DNA from: Bilabrum cf. latius
Lineage: Eukaryota
NCBI GenBank assembly: GCA_965178125.1
Contig: OZ237757.1
Span: forward strand, 620,001 to 684,000
Reading direction: 5' to 3'
Length of the DNA stretch: 64,000 nucleotides
Shown: positions 54,301-64,000 of the stretch, piece by piece
How positions within the stretch are numbered: the stretch's first letter is position 1
Layout of the letters: every line of letters begins with the position of its first letter
The notes under the pieces: generated by a model
What the model saw: the letters and a program-made list of their open reading frames with translations, nothing else
Told to the model about the DNA's origin: nothing
The model's database searches: none
Translations under genes and position numbers: made by a program

Positions 54301-55601
54301 CGCAGTGGAGAGCAGTGGCGGGAGGTTTGCCGCCCCGCTTCTGGGCCAATGCACTCGCAGTGCCGCTGCCCTTTGCTCCCAACATGTCGGTGCTATGCAC
54401 GCACGGGGTGTCTAGGCCAGCGGAGCGGGGGTACCACTACGTGAGCGTGAGCGCTGACCCGATCGAGACCAAGTGGGCAGGGCTGGCAGACCTGGCTCGG
54501 GCGCGGAGGGCGAATCTTAACGACGCATGGGCAGAGAGAGCGGCGGGATAGGGCCGTGGTGCTGCGCTGCAAGCCCCGCAGAACGAAAATCTGAGCAAGG
54601 GAACGTCCACGTCGCTGCACGCTTCTGTTCCTAGCGGTGGCAACGACAGGGGGGGTCAAGCTATGGGATCGCACGGACCTGCGGGCACGGGCGCGTCGCT
54701 GGCAGCAGGGCTGTCTCAGTGGGTGCCGCACGTGATGGCCACCGACGTGCACGATCCGGAATCAAAAACAGAGTTCGGTGTCGCGTTCGCGGACGGCGAC
54801 GGCACCGTGCCCGTGATGAGCCTGGGTCTCATGTGCGAAGCGGGCTGGAGGCAGCGGGCGAGAAACCCGGCGGGTGCTCTGGTGGAGACGCTGGAGCTGC
54901 CCCACCTCGGAGGGAACAACGGTGTCGGTACAGGTAGTGCGGCTACGGAAAGGGGATCAGGCAACGATCCTGGCGGGGTCACGGACAACGTCAATGCCGG
55001 GGCAGCAGCAACTTCGGGCTAGACCCTGGATTCAAGCGAAGCATCCAGCAAGCAAGCGAAACTGGGAGCTGCTAGCGGCAGCGGTACACCCGCACCTGGC
55101 GACTTCCGCACGTTCGGCAACGCCACGAGGACTGCCTAGGCCTGGCTGACTTCCCTGCAGGGCGCCCTCAAGACCCTCCAGAACGACGCCGCGGGGGCGG
55201 TGAGCGGGTTCGGGTAGTCCTTCCAGCACGAGGCCAGCGCGCTTGCGGATGCGGCCCGCCGGGTGGTGCACAAGCTGAGTGTGGAGGGCGTTGTGACGGG
55301 TGCCCTGGATCTGTACCGCGCAGGCGGGGGCAGGACAGGGGACCATGTGGACGTACTGCTGAACCAGAGGCTGCTGCGGGAGGCTGTGCGGTCTGCCGTT
55401 GGGATGAGGGATAACGGTGCTGCAGGCGAGTGTGCTGGGAGGTAGGAATGCGAGGGAAGGCAGAGGCAACGCGTCGTGTCCGGGCTGGGAGCCATGGCTG
55501 CTCGCGCGCTGGAGCGCATGGAGGAGGCGGATGGGGAGGAGTGGGAGGTGGAGCATGCGGTGGCGAGGCGGGCCTGGGAGAGAGATGGCGGGTCATCATG
55601 A
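51333..55601 (+). CDS. PDAT: Phospholipid:diacylglycerol acyltransferase (PDAT/LRO1, LCAT family), about 1422 aa with long low-complexity insertions
   Basis: One frame (ORFs 51213, 52818, 53646, 54663, 55263) joined through 11 TAG, ending TGA 55599-55601. N-terminal TM; motifs HPVVIIPG, FRERLWG, CWLDH, VRAASGL, FDWR, nucleophile SHSMG, DGDGTVP, DHVDVL. Start placed at ATG 51333 because ATG 51213 lies inside the transposon. In-frame introns cannot be excluded. Confidence 0.82.
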
Positions 55602-55808
55602 TGTGTTTTGCACGAATCTAGGCTAGCTTACGCTGCATAGTCTAGATACGCTCCACCGAAATGAGGCCCTTGCCCCTTCTAGACCATCTGGACCATGACC
55701 GAGCTGGCGCGTGTACTGCCAGTGCTCGCCACTGGCAAGAGCAATCACAAACATGGTTGCGATGTCGATGCAAACAACGCACCACGAACTTGCATAGGGA
55801 CATGATGT

Positions 55809-55884
55809 ATCAACAACACAACTGCTCGCCAACAAGCGTGCCCTAGTGAATCAACAACACAACTGCTCGCCAACAGGCGTGCCC
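55809..55884. repeat. Two 35-bp direct repeats (1 mismatch) between convergent genes
   Basis: ATCAACAACACAACTGCTCGCCAACA(A/G)GCGTGCCC at 55809-55843 and 55850-55884. Confidence 0.8.
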
Positions 55885-55907
55885 CGGGGCCCTCAGGCTG
55901 GCCCGCG

Positions 55908-56669
55908 TCAGGCCTCCACCCAGCGCTGCTCGCCCCCAGCCCCAAGGTCGCCATCGTTCTCTTCCTAATCGCCCTAATTCATTCTAACAGCACTAATTGA
56001 CCCCTCACCAGCTTCCACGGCCACTGCCAGTCCAGCGGTTACGGTAGTAGTTGAGCCAGCCACTGCCAAGGCTCCCAACTCCAGGTCAGCGGGCAGCTGC
56101 TCACCTTGCAGGGCGCGCGCTCCGTGAAGTCCAGCCGTTCGCATCCTGCCGCTCTTACGCTTAGATGGCCCCCCAGTATACCCCACACCCAGATCTCCGT
56201 CATCCTCGTCCGGCTCACCGAGCCCTTCCTCGTTCTCGCCCTCCATGCCGAACTCTTCGTCACCTTCCGAAAATTCATGGTGATCGCCATCCTGACCACC
56301 GTCCCAGTGCGTAGGATTACCCCCCTAAGCACCTACCTGGTGGTACTACAATCCCGCCCCGGTTCCTCCGGCAGCAATCTGCAAGAATTCGATTGCGCCG
56401 TTCTAGGAACATAGCACGCAGCATGCTACTGCTGACGCGATTGCTATGATAAAAATGGCCCACAGAGGGAAATCATCGCCATTATTACTTGTTTTCAACT
56501 ATCTAAAATGGCCAACGCGCTATTCAGTTGCGATCGGGCTGCTTCCAGAAGAAGTCGGCATCAACCGAGTTGCAGCTGCTCCACATTCGTCTAGACCCCG
56601 CCCACCCACACCGAGAGCGCAAACACAGAAAAGAAAAACAAGAATCAATGTTTGTATCCTGGTCTTCAT
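55908..56669 (-). CDS. Orphan single-pass membrane protein, 253 aa (signal peptide, short ectodomain, TM, acidic Gly-rich tail)
   Basis: ATG 56669 to TGA 55908 in one frame through seven TAG. Signal MKTRIQTLILVFLFCVCALG; TM FPLWAIFIIAIASAVACCVLC; includes ORF-track fragment 55974..56246. Confidence 0.65.
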
Positions 56670-56794
56670 GCTTGATGCGATGAATCATGGCCGCCAAATT
56701 TAATGTTGTGGTCGTGACCATGTGACGAGTGGCAATGGCGGCTCGTCGATATCTCATCGACCGCCAAATTTGCCTTGTTTTGGGCGTATCTAAA
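56670..56794. promoter_or_regulatory. Putative 125-bp bidirectional promoter with two CCGCCAAATTT copies
   Basis: Head-to-head ATGs at 56669 (-) and 56795 (+); 11-bp direct repeat at 56691-56701 and 56761-56771. Confidence 0.4.
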
Positions 56795-59445
56795 ATGCTG
56801 GGAGCTATTGCTGTTATGGCAGCTCTTACATCCTGCGTTTATGCGGCGGAGAAACCGAAGTGAGTCATGGGTATCGCCGATCTTGCGGGATTTGCACCGT
56901 GCTGACCTGCTGCTTGATGTTCCCTTTGTCATAAGTTTTCTATACCTGTTTCAGCACTGTCAGCAAGATCATGTTCATTTAAATAATCGCAGCATCATTT
57001 TTGTCATGGTTGGTGAGGCATGTTCCCCTCGGGCAGTCTTTGACGCTGCTTCGCGCGCCTGAAGCCCATCATCTTGGTGCATCCAACTGGTCTACCATTT
57101 GCCTCACAAGCCCAATATAACTGCTAGGACCCTATGTTTATTGCACATGAATGCCGCAGACGATCTTGGATGGGCTGATCTAGGATTTCGCGGATCGAAC
57201 GTCGCGACGCCCAACATCGACGAGCTCCATCACAACTCGATCGAGATGAGGGAATACCACGTGCAGCCGGTCTGCTCCGCCACACGTGGCGCCCTAATGG
57301 AATCTCGGTTCCCGCTGCGCATCGGCGCCCAGCACTACGTCTACCGCTCGGGGTGCGACACTGGCGTCCCACTGAACCTGACCTTCCTGCCCCAGCACCT
57401 CGCCAAGCAGGGGTACAGGAGGCACATGGTGTGAGTGTCCGAGTTGCAAGTTGCATTGCATTGTGGAATGGATTGCGATGCCGTGCACTGTCCCGCTCTC
57501 CCATCGCGATCCTGCCATTCGATCCTGCGTTGCCTCCTATCCCAATCAACAAAAAACGACCCAATTTCAATGCCACCAATCACCCGCACGCAGCGGCAAG
57601 TATCACATGGGATTCTCCAGTTGGGCACACACTCCCACCTTCCGGGGGTTCGAGAGCTACTTGGGATTCTACGGCGGGGGTGAGTGCATGCTCAATAAAA
57701 GATCGTTTCAAGTTGTTGCTGTGTTTGCTTAGGGGATGCTGACGATGTTCGCCTGGTGGCAGCCAGCGGCTGGAACCGGCCCGTACCGAGCAGGGGGGCG
57801 TTCGAGTCTCGGTCTTGCTCTACCCTGCCCTGCACTTCCTCCGTGATCCGATCCGTGCACCGCAGGCCAGGATTACTTCTCGCACAAGTCGGGCGGCGCG
57901 TACGATTTCCGGTTTGACAAGCAGGAGAATTGCGGTGCCGGCTGCAGCCAGCCGATCTACGACAGGCAAGGGGAATACTCCACCACGGTCTTCTCCGAGC
58001 GTGCGGTGGATGTCATCAACGAGCACGACACGTCCGAGCCCCTGTTCATGTACCTGGCCTACCAGGCCGTGCATTCTCCAGACGAGGTTCCGGACAAGTA
58101 CGTGGAGCCCTACAAGAAGACCATCCCCAACGACCAGAGGAGGCAGACATTCGCTGGCATGCTCTCCTGCATGGACGAGGGCATCGGGAACGTGACAGCC
58201 GCGCTTAAGGCCAAGGGCATGATGGACAACACTCTCATCATCCTGCAGGCAGACAACGGTGAGGAGTTCCGTTCGAAGCAGCACCCGTTGCGCAGTACGC
58301 CCCACCACCCACCCGAAAAATCGACTCGCTCTCTCTATCCCCCTTCTCTCCCACTTCATTACGTTCTTGTTCCCCCGTTTATCCATCCGTCTATCCATCC
58401 ATCGATCGCAGGCGGGCCCATCGAGGGCACGAGCCGATGCCACATCTGCGGCGACCACACTGGCACCTCCAACTACCCCCTCCGAGGGGGCAAGCACAGC
58501 CTGTGGGTCGGAGGCACCCTGGCCTCGGCCATTGCGTTCGCCAGCCCAAGCTCCGGGATCCTGCCCCCGAGCTCCCAGGGAACACACCTGGCGCACAACC
58601 TGATGCACGTGGTGGACTGGCAGCCCACCATCCTGCGCTTCGCGGGCATGTCCGCCGAGGAGGTCAACGCCCTCAGGGAACAAGAGGGATGGGACGGCCT
58701 GGACCAGTACGATGCACTGCTGGACAAGGCACCCTCCCCCCGCGACGAGATCATCCTCAACTACGACTCCATCCACAACGTGGAAAGCCCCCTCAAGACG
58801 GGAGGGCAGGGCAACGCCGCGCTCAGGCTCGGCGAGTTCGTGCTCCTCGTCGGTGACCCGGGCCCGCCGGACTGCTACTCACCCGCGAACGCCTCGGGTC
58901 CCTGCGCCCCCGCGCTGTACAGCACCCCCACTGGGGAACAAGCGCCCCCCACCATCGCCGAGCTCACCTCCGCCCTGCTGCCTCTCGCTGCCAGGTCTCC
59001 TTCCCCCTTGGGCGAGCAGGAGATGGCCGGGCTGAGAGCAATGGCAACGGGATTCAGGGGCGATTTCGCGGTGCAGAACACCACCATGCAGCTGTTCAAC
59101 CTGACGGCCGACCCCTACCAGCGCACCGACCTCAGCAGGGTGCTCCCCGCCACCGTGGCCAAGCTATCCGCTAGGGTGCAGCACTGGGGAGACCTGGAGC
59201 AGACCCCGGATTTCTGCTACCCCGGCACGAAATCGACCCGCTGCGACAACCCCAACGCAAACCCCAAGCTGTACAACAATACCTGGACCCCGTGGCTTCC
59301 CAACCCGACGGAGAGCGAGCAGGCCAAGGCGAGCGCGGGCGTGCTCCCCCCCATGACCCACTCCGAGGTGGATGCGCTCCTGCGCGACCGGGGCGTGATC
59401 GACGGCGGGGAGTGGCTGAACCCGATCGAGTTCGGGTACGATTGA
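56795..59445 (+). CDS. Secreted/lysosomal arylsulfatase (ARSB/I/J-like S1 sulfatase), about 622 aa, 6 exons
   Basis: Exons 56795-56859, 56993-57012, 57160-57430, 57594-57679, 57866-58258, 58412-59445, all with GT-AG introns. Spliced product: signal [84 protein letters not shown]. Ends TGA; no TAG in these exons. Confidence 0.9.
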
Positions 59446-59981
59446 GGCTTTTGGATGAAAGCAGGGCTGCAGGCGTCCTGCTGGGGATTCTGAGTGTGCT
59501 GCTCACTTGCCAGTTGCTCTGGTCCGAGACGCAGGCGAGGCTCTGGCATGCGACAGCATCTCGCTCGGGCCTTTTTGCACGTTTATGTGGGAGTGTATTG
59601 GATCTGTTTTGATAGATAACGGGTCTATTTATCTCTCCGTATTTCCTGGTTGAACGACGCATGTCATACCTTTGCGGCGCTTGGCGCCTAGGTATATCAA
59701 TCTCCACTCTCAGCATATTCAATGACTGAAATACGGACACGCTCGACTCTAGACGTGCACAACAACATGATGTACCAAAATTTTAATTTTCAAGTGCTCC
59801 ATAGACTAGTTTAGGCATTCAATTCAGCCAGGAACTTCCCCTCGAGCAGGTTCTCGAGAAACTACGCGCAACATCGTAAATCTGGTTTAATTCAAGCAGC
59901 ACTCGCGCTCGATCGACGAATCGCAATCCACCGAGGCAGTTCGCTCGCCTACATCGAGTGGCTTGTCGACAAGCGAGAGAT

Positions 59982-62900
59982 ATGTTCATTTCATAGTTCA
60001 CGCTTACATCCAGGGTAAGTGAAAGTGTCGAAGGAATCTCTGGAACCGTGCAGCAAGGCTGCGAAGGCGTTCTTGCACGGCTTGTGCAACTGCTGGTCCC
60101 CAGCGGCACATCAATGAAGCTTGCCGGTACTCAATGTGGCTGCATATGCATCTATCTTCACGATGAAGCAGCGTGTCATTGCTACTGAGCTGGATTTGCC
60201 CAATTCGATTGGCCCCGGTGGTGGTGGCTCCAATGCTCGTTCACATCACGTTCGCTTCGATTCCTTCCTCGCAGAGCCAGCTTGGCCGCGTGTGGCAGGC
60301 AGGTCATTACGATAAGAAGCTATCAAAGACTCAGATCAGTGATACGGATGTTGCCAAGGCAGTAGGTGAGCAAAACTGCAGCAGCTGTGGCTCCGTGCAG
60401 GTTCGAACTGTGTCGTCGAGCGCTGCTTGCAGCTGTCGGAATGTAGCTTTCGTTTTCTGCAGATCGTATTGAAGTTCATTTTATAGTTGGATGCGTGCCT
60501 CAATTTGGCCTAACCACTCTCGCAGACATGGTTCTGAGCCCGAAGATCCCGCTCGCTCTTCGCACGACAAGCTTCTTGCTTCTCGGGCTGGCCCGCATCT
60601 TCTCGCGACAGGTGCGGTACCTGTTTAATGACTGCAATGAGGCCCTTGTTAAGATGAAGCTCGCTTCCCAGAGCGATGAGAACGAGCTGCAGCCCCGAGC
60701 GGTGGGCGGAGCCAACATCAACGTGCAGCCTTCCCGCGGGCAGGGCGGGGCAGCGGCCGCCGCCGACGCCGCCCAGCTGGACGACAGCTTCGGAGGGGGC
60801 CTTGACATGGAGGACGAGTGAGATTTGCTGCCTCCATCTGATTGCTGTCCGTCTGCTGCTGTCCCCGCGCCCTCCAGCCCTCTCGTCGACCTCCCTGCTT
60901 GTTGCACCAACACCTCTTGCTCTTGCTCCTGCTACTGCTCACCAACCTCGCAGCCTGCTGGCCGGCGGCGACGACTGGCAGCTCTTCGGCACCCAGCAGC
61001 AGGGGGGATCGGCCGCGGCCGCCGCTGCGCCTCTAGGAGGCGCCGACCTGGCCATGCCGGACGACCACTTTGGGGTGGAGGACATGGCGGAGGCCGAGAT
61101 CTTCCAGGCCCCGGGGCTCTCCGACATGGACGACTTCGGGATGAGGGGCTCCGACGGCTCCGAAGCGGACCCCGCCGCTGATTTGGAGGTCATGCGGGCG
61201 GCCGACGGCACGCCGCTGACGGCCGCTGGCCGGCCTTCCGGTGTGCCCGGCTCCACGGGATCTGGCAGTGACACGGGCGCCGACGGGCTGGCGCTCGGCC
61301 GCGAGTCGGTGGGTGCAGGGGCCCGCAAAAGCCTGGCCCAAGGGGACGGCTTCGGGGACGACGGCTTCGGCGGGGGCTTCGGGGACGCTGACATGGGGGG
61401 CGTGGGCGGCGGCTTCGAGGACGACATCGGCGACGGTTTCGGCATGGGCATGGACGGAGGGCTCGGGATCGAGATCGAGGGTGTGGACGAGGCCATGGAC
61501 GCCGTGGGCAGGGGGGACGCCGCCTCTGTGGCGGGGCTGAGCACCGACGGGATGGACCTGGAGGGAGGCGTGGGGAGCGCCCCCGGTGACGGCCCGGCTT
61601 TGGCCACCCTGGAGGAGCTGCAGCAGGCGGCGGCGGCCCAGTCCTCGGGGCAGGGAACCGCCAAGGCCAGCACGGCCACCGGGGCCGCAGCCGCTACCGA
61701 CGCGGGTGCTGCTGCCGCCGCTGTGCGGCCCGTCCGCAGGTCCCGCAAGCGCAAGAGGGTCGCCCACGATGACGCAGCCACCACCATGCCAAGCCTCGTC
61801 CTCAAGATGCAGATCAGGGACGACGCCCCGCTGCTGCTTCCCCAGCTAATGGGCTACAAGCGCATGCGGCTGTGGAGGATGGCCACGGGAGCTGAGGCCA
61901 GGCCCGCCAGCGTTCTGCTGCGGCCATCGCTGCGCCCCAACGCCACGCGCCAGGCACGGGAGATGCTGCTGGACGCCATGGACGCAAGGCTGGCCAGGCC
62001 GGCTGCCCTGCGGCGGGCTGCCCCCGAGCTGGCGGACGCGCTGGCCTCCCAGCAGCTGGGCGGCTCCCGCGCCTTTGTGCGCGTGGACGACGAGATGCTG
62101 GATGAGATGAGGAGGACGGACCGCTAGCTCCAAGCCAGGATCAGGGCCGTGATGACCGATTTCGCAGGGGAGGACGTGGTGGGTGCCCAGGGAGCGGGGG
62201 CCGGGGACGACGCTGCCACAGAGATCGAGGGGCTGCAGACGCCCGCAAGGAGCTTGGCGGGCGGCGACGGGGACGGGGACGGGGACGGTTTCGGGGACGA
62301 CGGGTTCGGCGGGGGCTTCGGGGACGCTGACATGGGGGGCGTGGGCGGCGGCTTCGAGGACGACATCGGCGACGGCTTCGGCATGGGCATGGACGGCGAC
62401 GGCTTTGGCATGGAGGGCGGCCCGCTGGGGGATGGCGAGCCAGGCGCCCCCGTGGACGAGGAGGCCGAGGTGGACGCTGCGGATGCAGGGCTGGCGGCCG
62501 CGACGGGCGCCCTTGCGGACACCCTCATGGAGGCGGCGGCAGGGGATGCCGCTGCCCTGGCCATGGGACCCGAGGCCAACGCCGCCGTGCTCGCCGCTGA
62601 AGCAGAGGCCGAGGCATAGGGCAAGGGCACCGGGGCCAACCTGGCAGCCGGGGAGGATGCAGACGCCGCTGCCGCTGCTGCTGCTGCTGCGGACGACGAG
62701 GACGAGGACGAGGGCGGCAGGGTGAGTGGGCTAGCCAGCGCCGCCATGCCCGTGCACAAGTGGCACTCCAGAACCAAGGCCGTCCTGCGCGCTGTGGGCG
62801 ACGCCATGGAGGCGGAAGGGGGCGAGGGTGCCAGCGCGGAGCAGGATGCCAGCGTGGGCTTCACGGCGCTCGTGGACGGGGGCGGCAGGCGCCTGGCGGC

Positions 62901-63480
62901 CCTGGCCTTCCACGAGCTGCTGATGCTGCGGAGCTGGAACGTGGTGGGTCTGGAGCAGGAGGAGCCCTACGGCGAGATCGAGATCGGCAAGGGGCCCCGC
63001 TTCGACAGCTCCTGCGGGGCACTCGACGCGGGAGCGGCTGCGGCTCGTGCTGCCGCGCTGGCTCCTGCGTCTGCGTCTGCGTCTGCGGTGCGGCCCTCGG
63101 GGGGGAGCGGGGACGAGGCCCCGGCAGTCCGAGGAGCCTCCTCGTCGTCATCGTCGTCTTCTGCTGCCGCTGCATCGTCATCGTCTTCCGGTTCCTCCTC
63201 GCGCCGTCGCCGCGCCTCTGCGCCCGCTACCGAGTCCAAGTCGGATGGCGAGCAGGAGGATGAGGAGGAGGAAGGGCAAGGCGGTGGGGAGGATAAAGAC
63301 GTTGAAGCTGATGAGATGGCTTCTAGCAGGGGCCGCAGCATGCTGGGGAAGAAGCGTGCGCGCCCTGGCAAGTCAGCATCTGCGTCCGGAGGTGGAGGGT
63401 CCAGGCGTAGCCGGGGCAAGGGTAAGAAGGGTGCTTCGGGAGGAAGAGCGCCCACTCGCAGAAGTTCCAGGGTGAGGTGA
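59982..63480 (+). CDS. RAD21: Cohesin kleisin subunit Rad21/Scc1 (Rad21/Rec8 family), about 980 aa, 4 exons
   Basis: Exons 59982-60014, 60275-60365, 60526-60817, 60954-63480 (GT-AG). N-terminal MFIS*FTLTSRSQLGRVWQAGHYDKKL...PLALRTTSFLLLGLARIFSRQVRYLFNDCNEALVKMK; C-terminal winged helix RRLAALAFHELLML...QEEPYGEIEI; candidate separase site DLEVMR near 61180. Three TAG (59994, 62125, 62617); ends TGA. Confidence 0.9.
61342..62396 (+). repeat. 116-bp internal duplication in RAD21 (61342-61457 and 62281-62396)
   Basis: Both copies encode GDGFGDDGFGGGFGDADMGGVGGGFEDDIGDGFGMGMDG and differ at three synonymous sites. Confidence 0.9.
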
Positions 63481-63782
63481 ATGCTTTGTGACAGCACTGG
63501 GTCGTTTGGGACCATTTTCTGGGCATGCTTGAGATGTCATTGCTTCCGTTCTGTTGCTTCAGACAGAATCACGGCACAGCGAACAAGCGATGCATGTACA
63601 TCGGTGACACCAACACTGGGTGCGAATTTAGCGGTTGGTTTAGGAGCCATGCTTGGAGCGATTCGACGGTTGCCCCAGCGAGAAACTCTGGTTTTCCATC
63701 GCCGCTATTCCGTTGTAACGTGCTGTCGTGCCAAGTTTGGGTCGCCACGAGCGCTAATCTCATTCGCTTGCCGTATACAGAC

Positions 63783-64000
63783 ATGCTTACGGTACTTGCA
63801 GCGGGTCTCCTGGTAGTAAAGGGACTGGCACTGAATATCAGCCGGTTCGATGAGGTGTTGCCTGCGTCCGAGGCTGGCTGGACGGCCGAGTTGAGTGTGG
63901 TCGACCTGAACCGGTCGCCCATGTCGTTTGAGCCGGGGAAGACGGTCATCCGCACAATGAATGGACATTACATGACCGCTGAAGTCCCTGAAGAAGGCCG
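63783..64000 (+). CDS. Possible 5' end of a secreted protein running off the window
   Basis: Open frame from ATG 63783 (MLTVLAAGLLVVKGLALNISRFDEVLP...) to the window edge; hydrophobic N-terminus; no recognisable domain. Confidence 0.3.
   Translation, partial: MLTVLAAGLLVVKGLALNISRFDEVLPASEAGWTAELSVVDLNRSPMSFEPGKTVIRTMNGHYMTAEVPEEG

Noticed and set aside
55809-55884. 35-bp direct repeats as a CRISPR array
   Set aside because: Only two copies with a 6-bp gap, eukaryotic context, no cas genes.
1-63480. RIP-like or deamination hypermutation (CAG>TAG), or sequencing error
   Set aside because: CpA>TpA mutation would also give TAA from CAA, and random errors would give TGA and frameshifts. None was seen, and single-copy housekeeping genes are affected.
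1-63480. TAG = pyrrolysine, Trp (A-to-I editing), Leu or Glu
   Set aside because: Intron-containing eukaryotic genes with no pyl context. The informative sites (EIQ, QARD, MFxSQF, QNSG) point to Gln. Glu is the best alternative, since some sites such as YLV*W are Q/E ambiguous, but it does not fit the near-invariant Q of the EVQ motif.
63569-63968. Minus-strand ORFs 63569..63955 and 63705..63968
   Set aside because: No recognisable motifs; they overlap a somewhat more plausible plus-strand frame running off the window.

Overview
Gene-dense eukaryotic (protist, probably stramenopile-like; inference) nuclear DNA with GT-AG spliceosomal introns. The key result is a non-standard nuclear genetic code. 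TAG is a sense codon, most likely Gln. Every complete gene I could reconstruct ends in TGA, and TAA was seen neither inside nor at the end of any reconstructed CDS. Under this code the fragmented ORF track collapses into intact genes: (1) a giant secreted FN3/'EVQ-repeat'/filamin/PA14 protein of >12,700 aa on the minus strand (38440 to <1, 3' end outside the window); (2) an AWS-SET-postSET histone methyltransferase; (3) organellar ribosomal protein bL21; (4) a double FG-GAP (integrin-alpha-like) membrane protein with an NPxY tail; (5) a complete pogo/Fot1-type DNA transposon (23-bp TIRs, TA duplication) whose transposase also uses TAG; (6) a PDAT/LCAT acyltransferase; (7) an orphan single-pass membrane protein invisible in the standard code; (8) an arylsulfatase; (9) cohesin RAD21; and (10) the possible 5' end of another gene at the right edge. 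No RNA genes or CRISPR arrays were recognised. All gene models were read by hand, without alignment tools.
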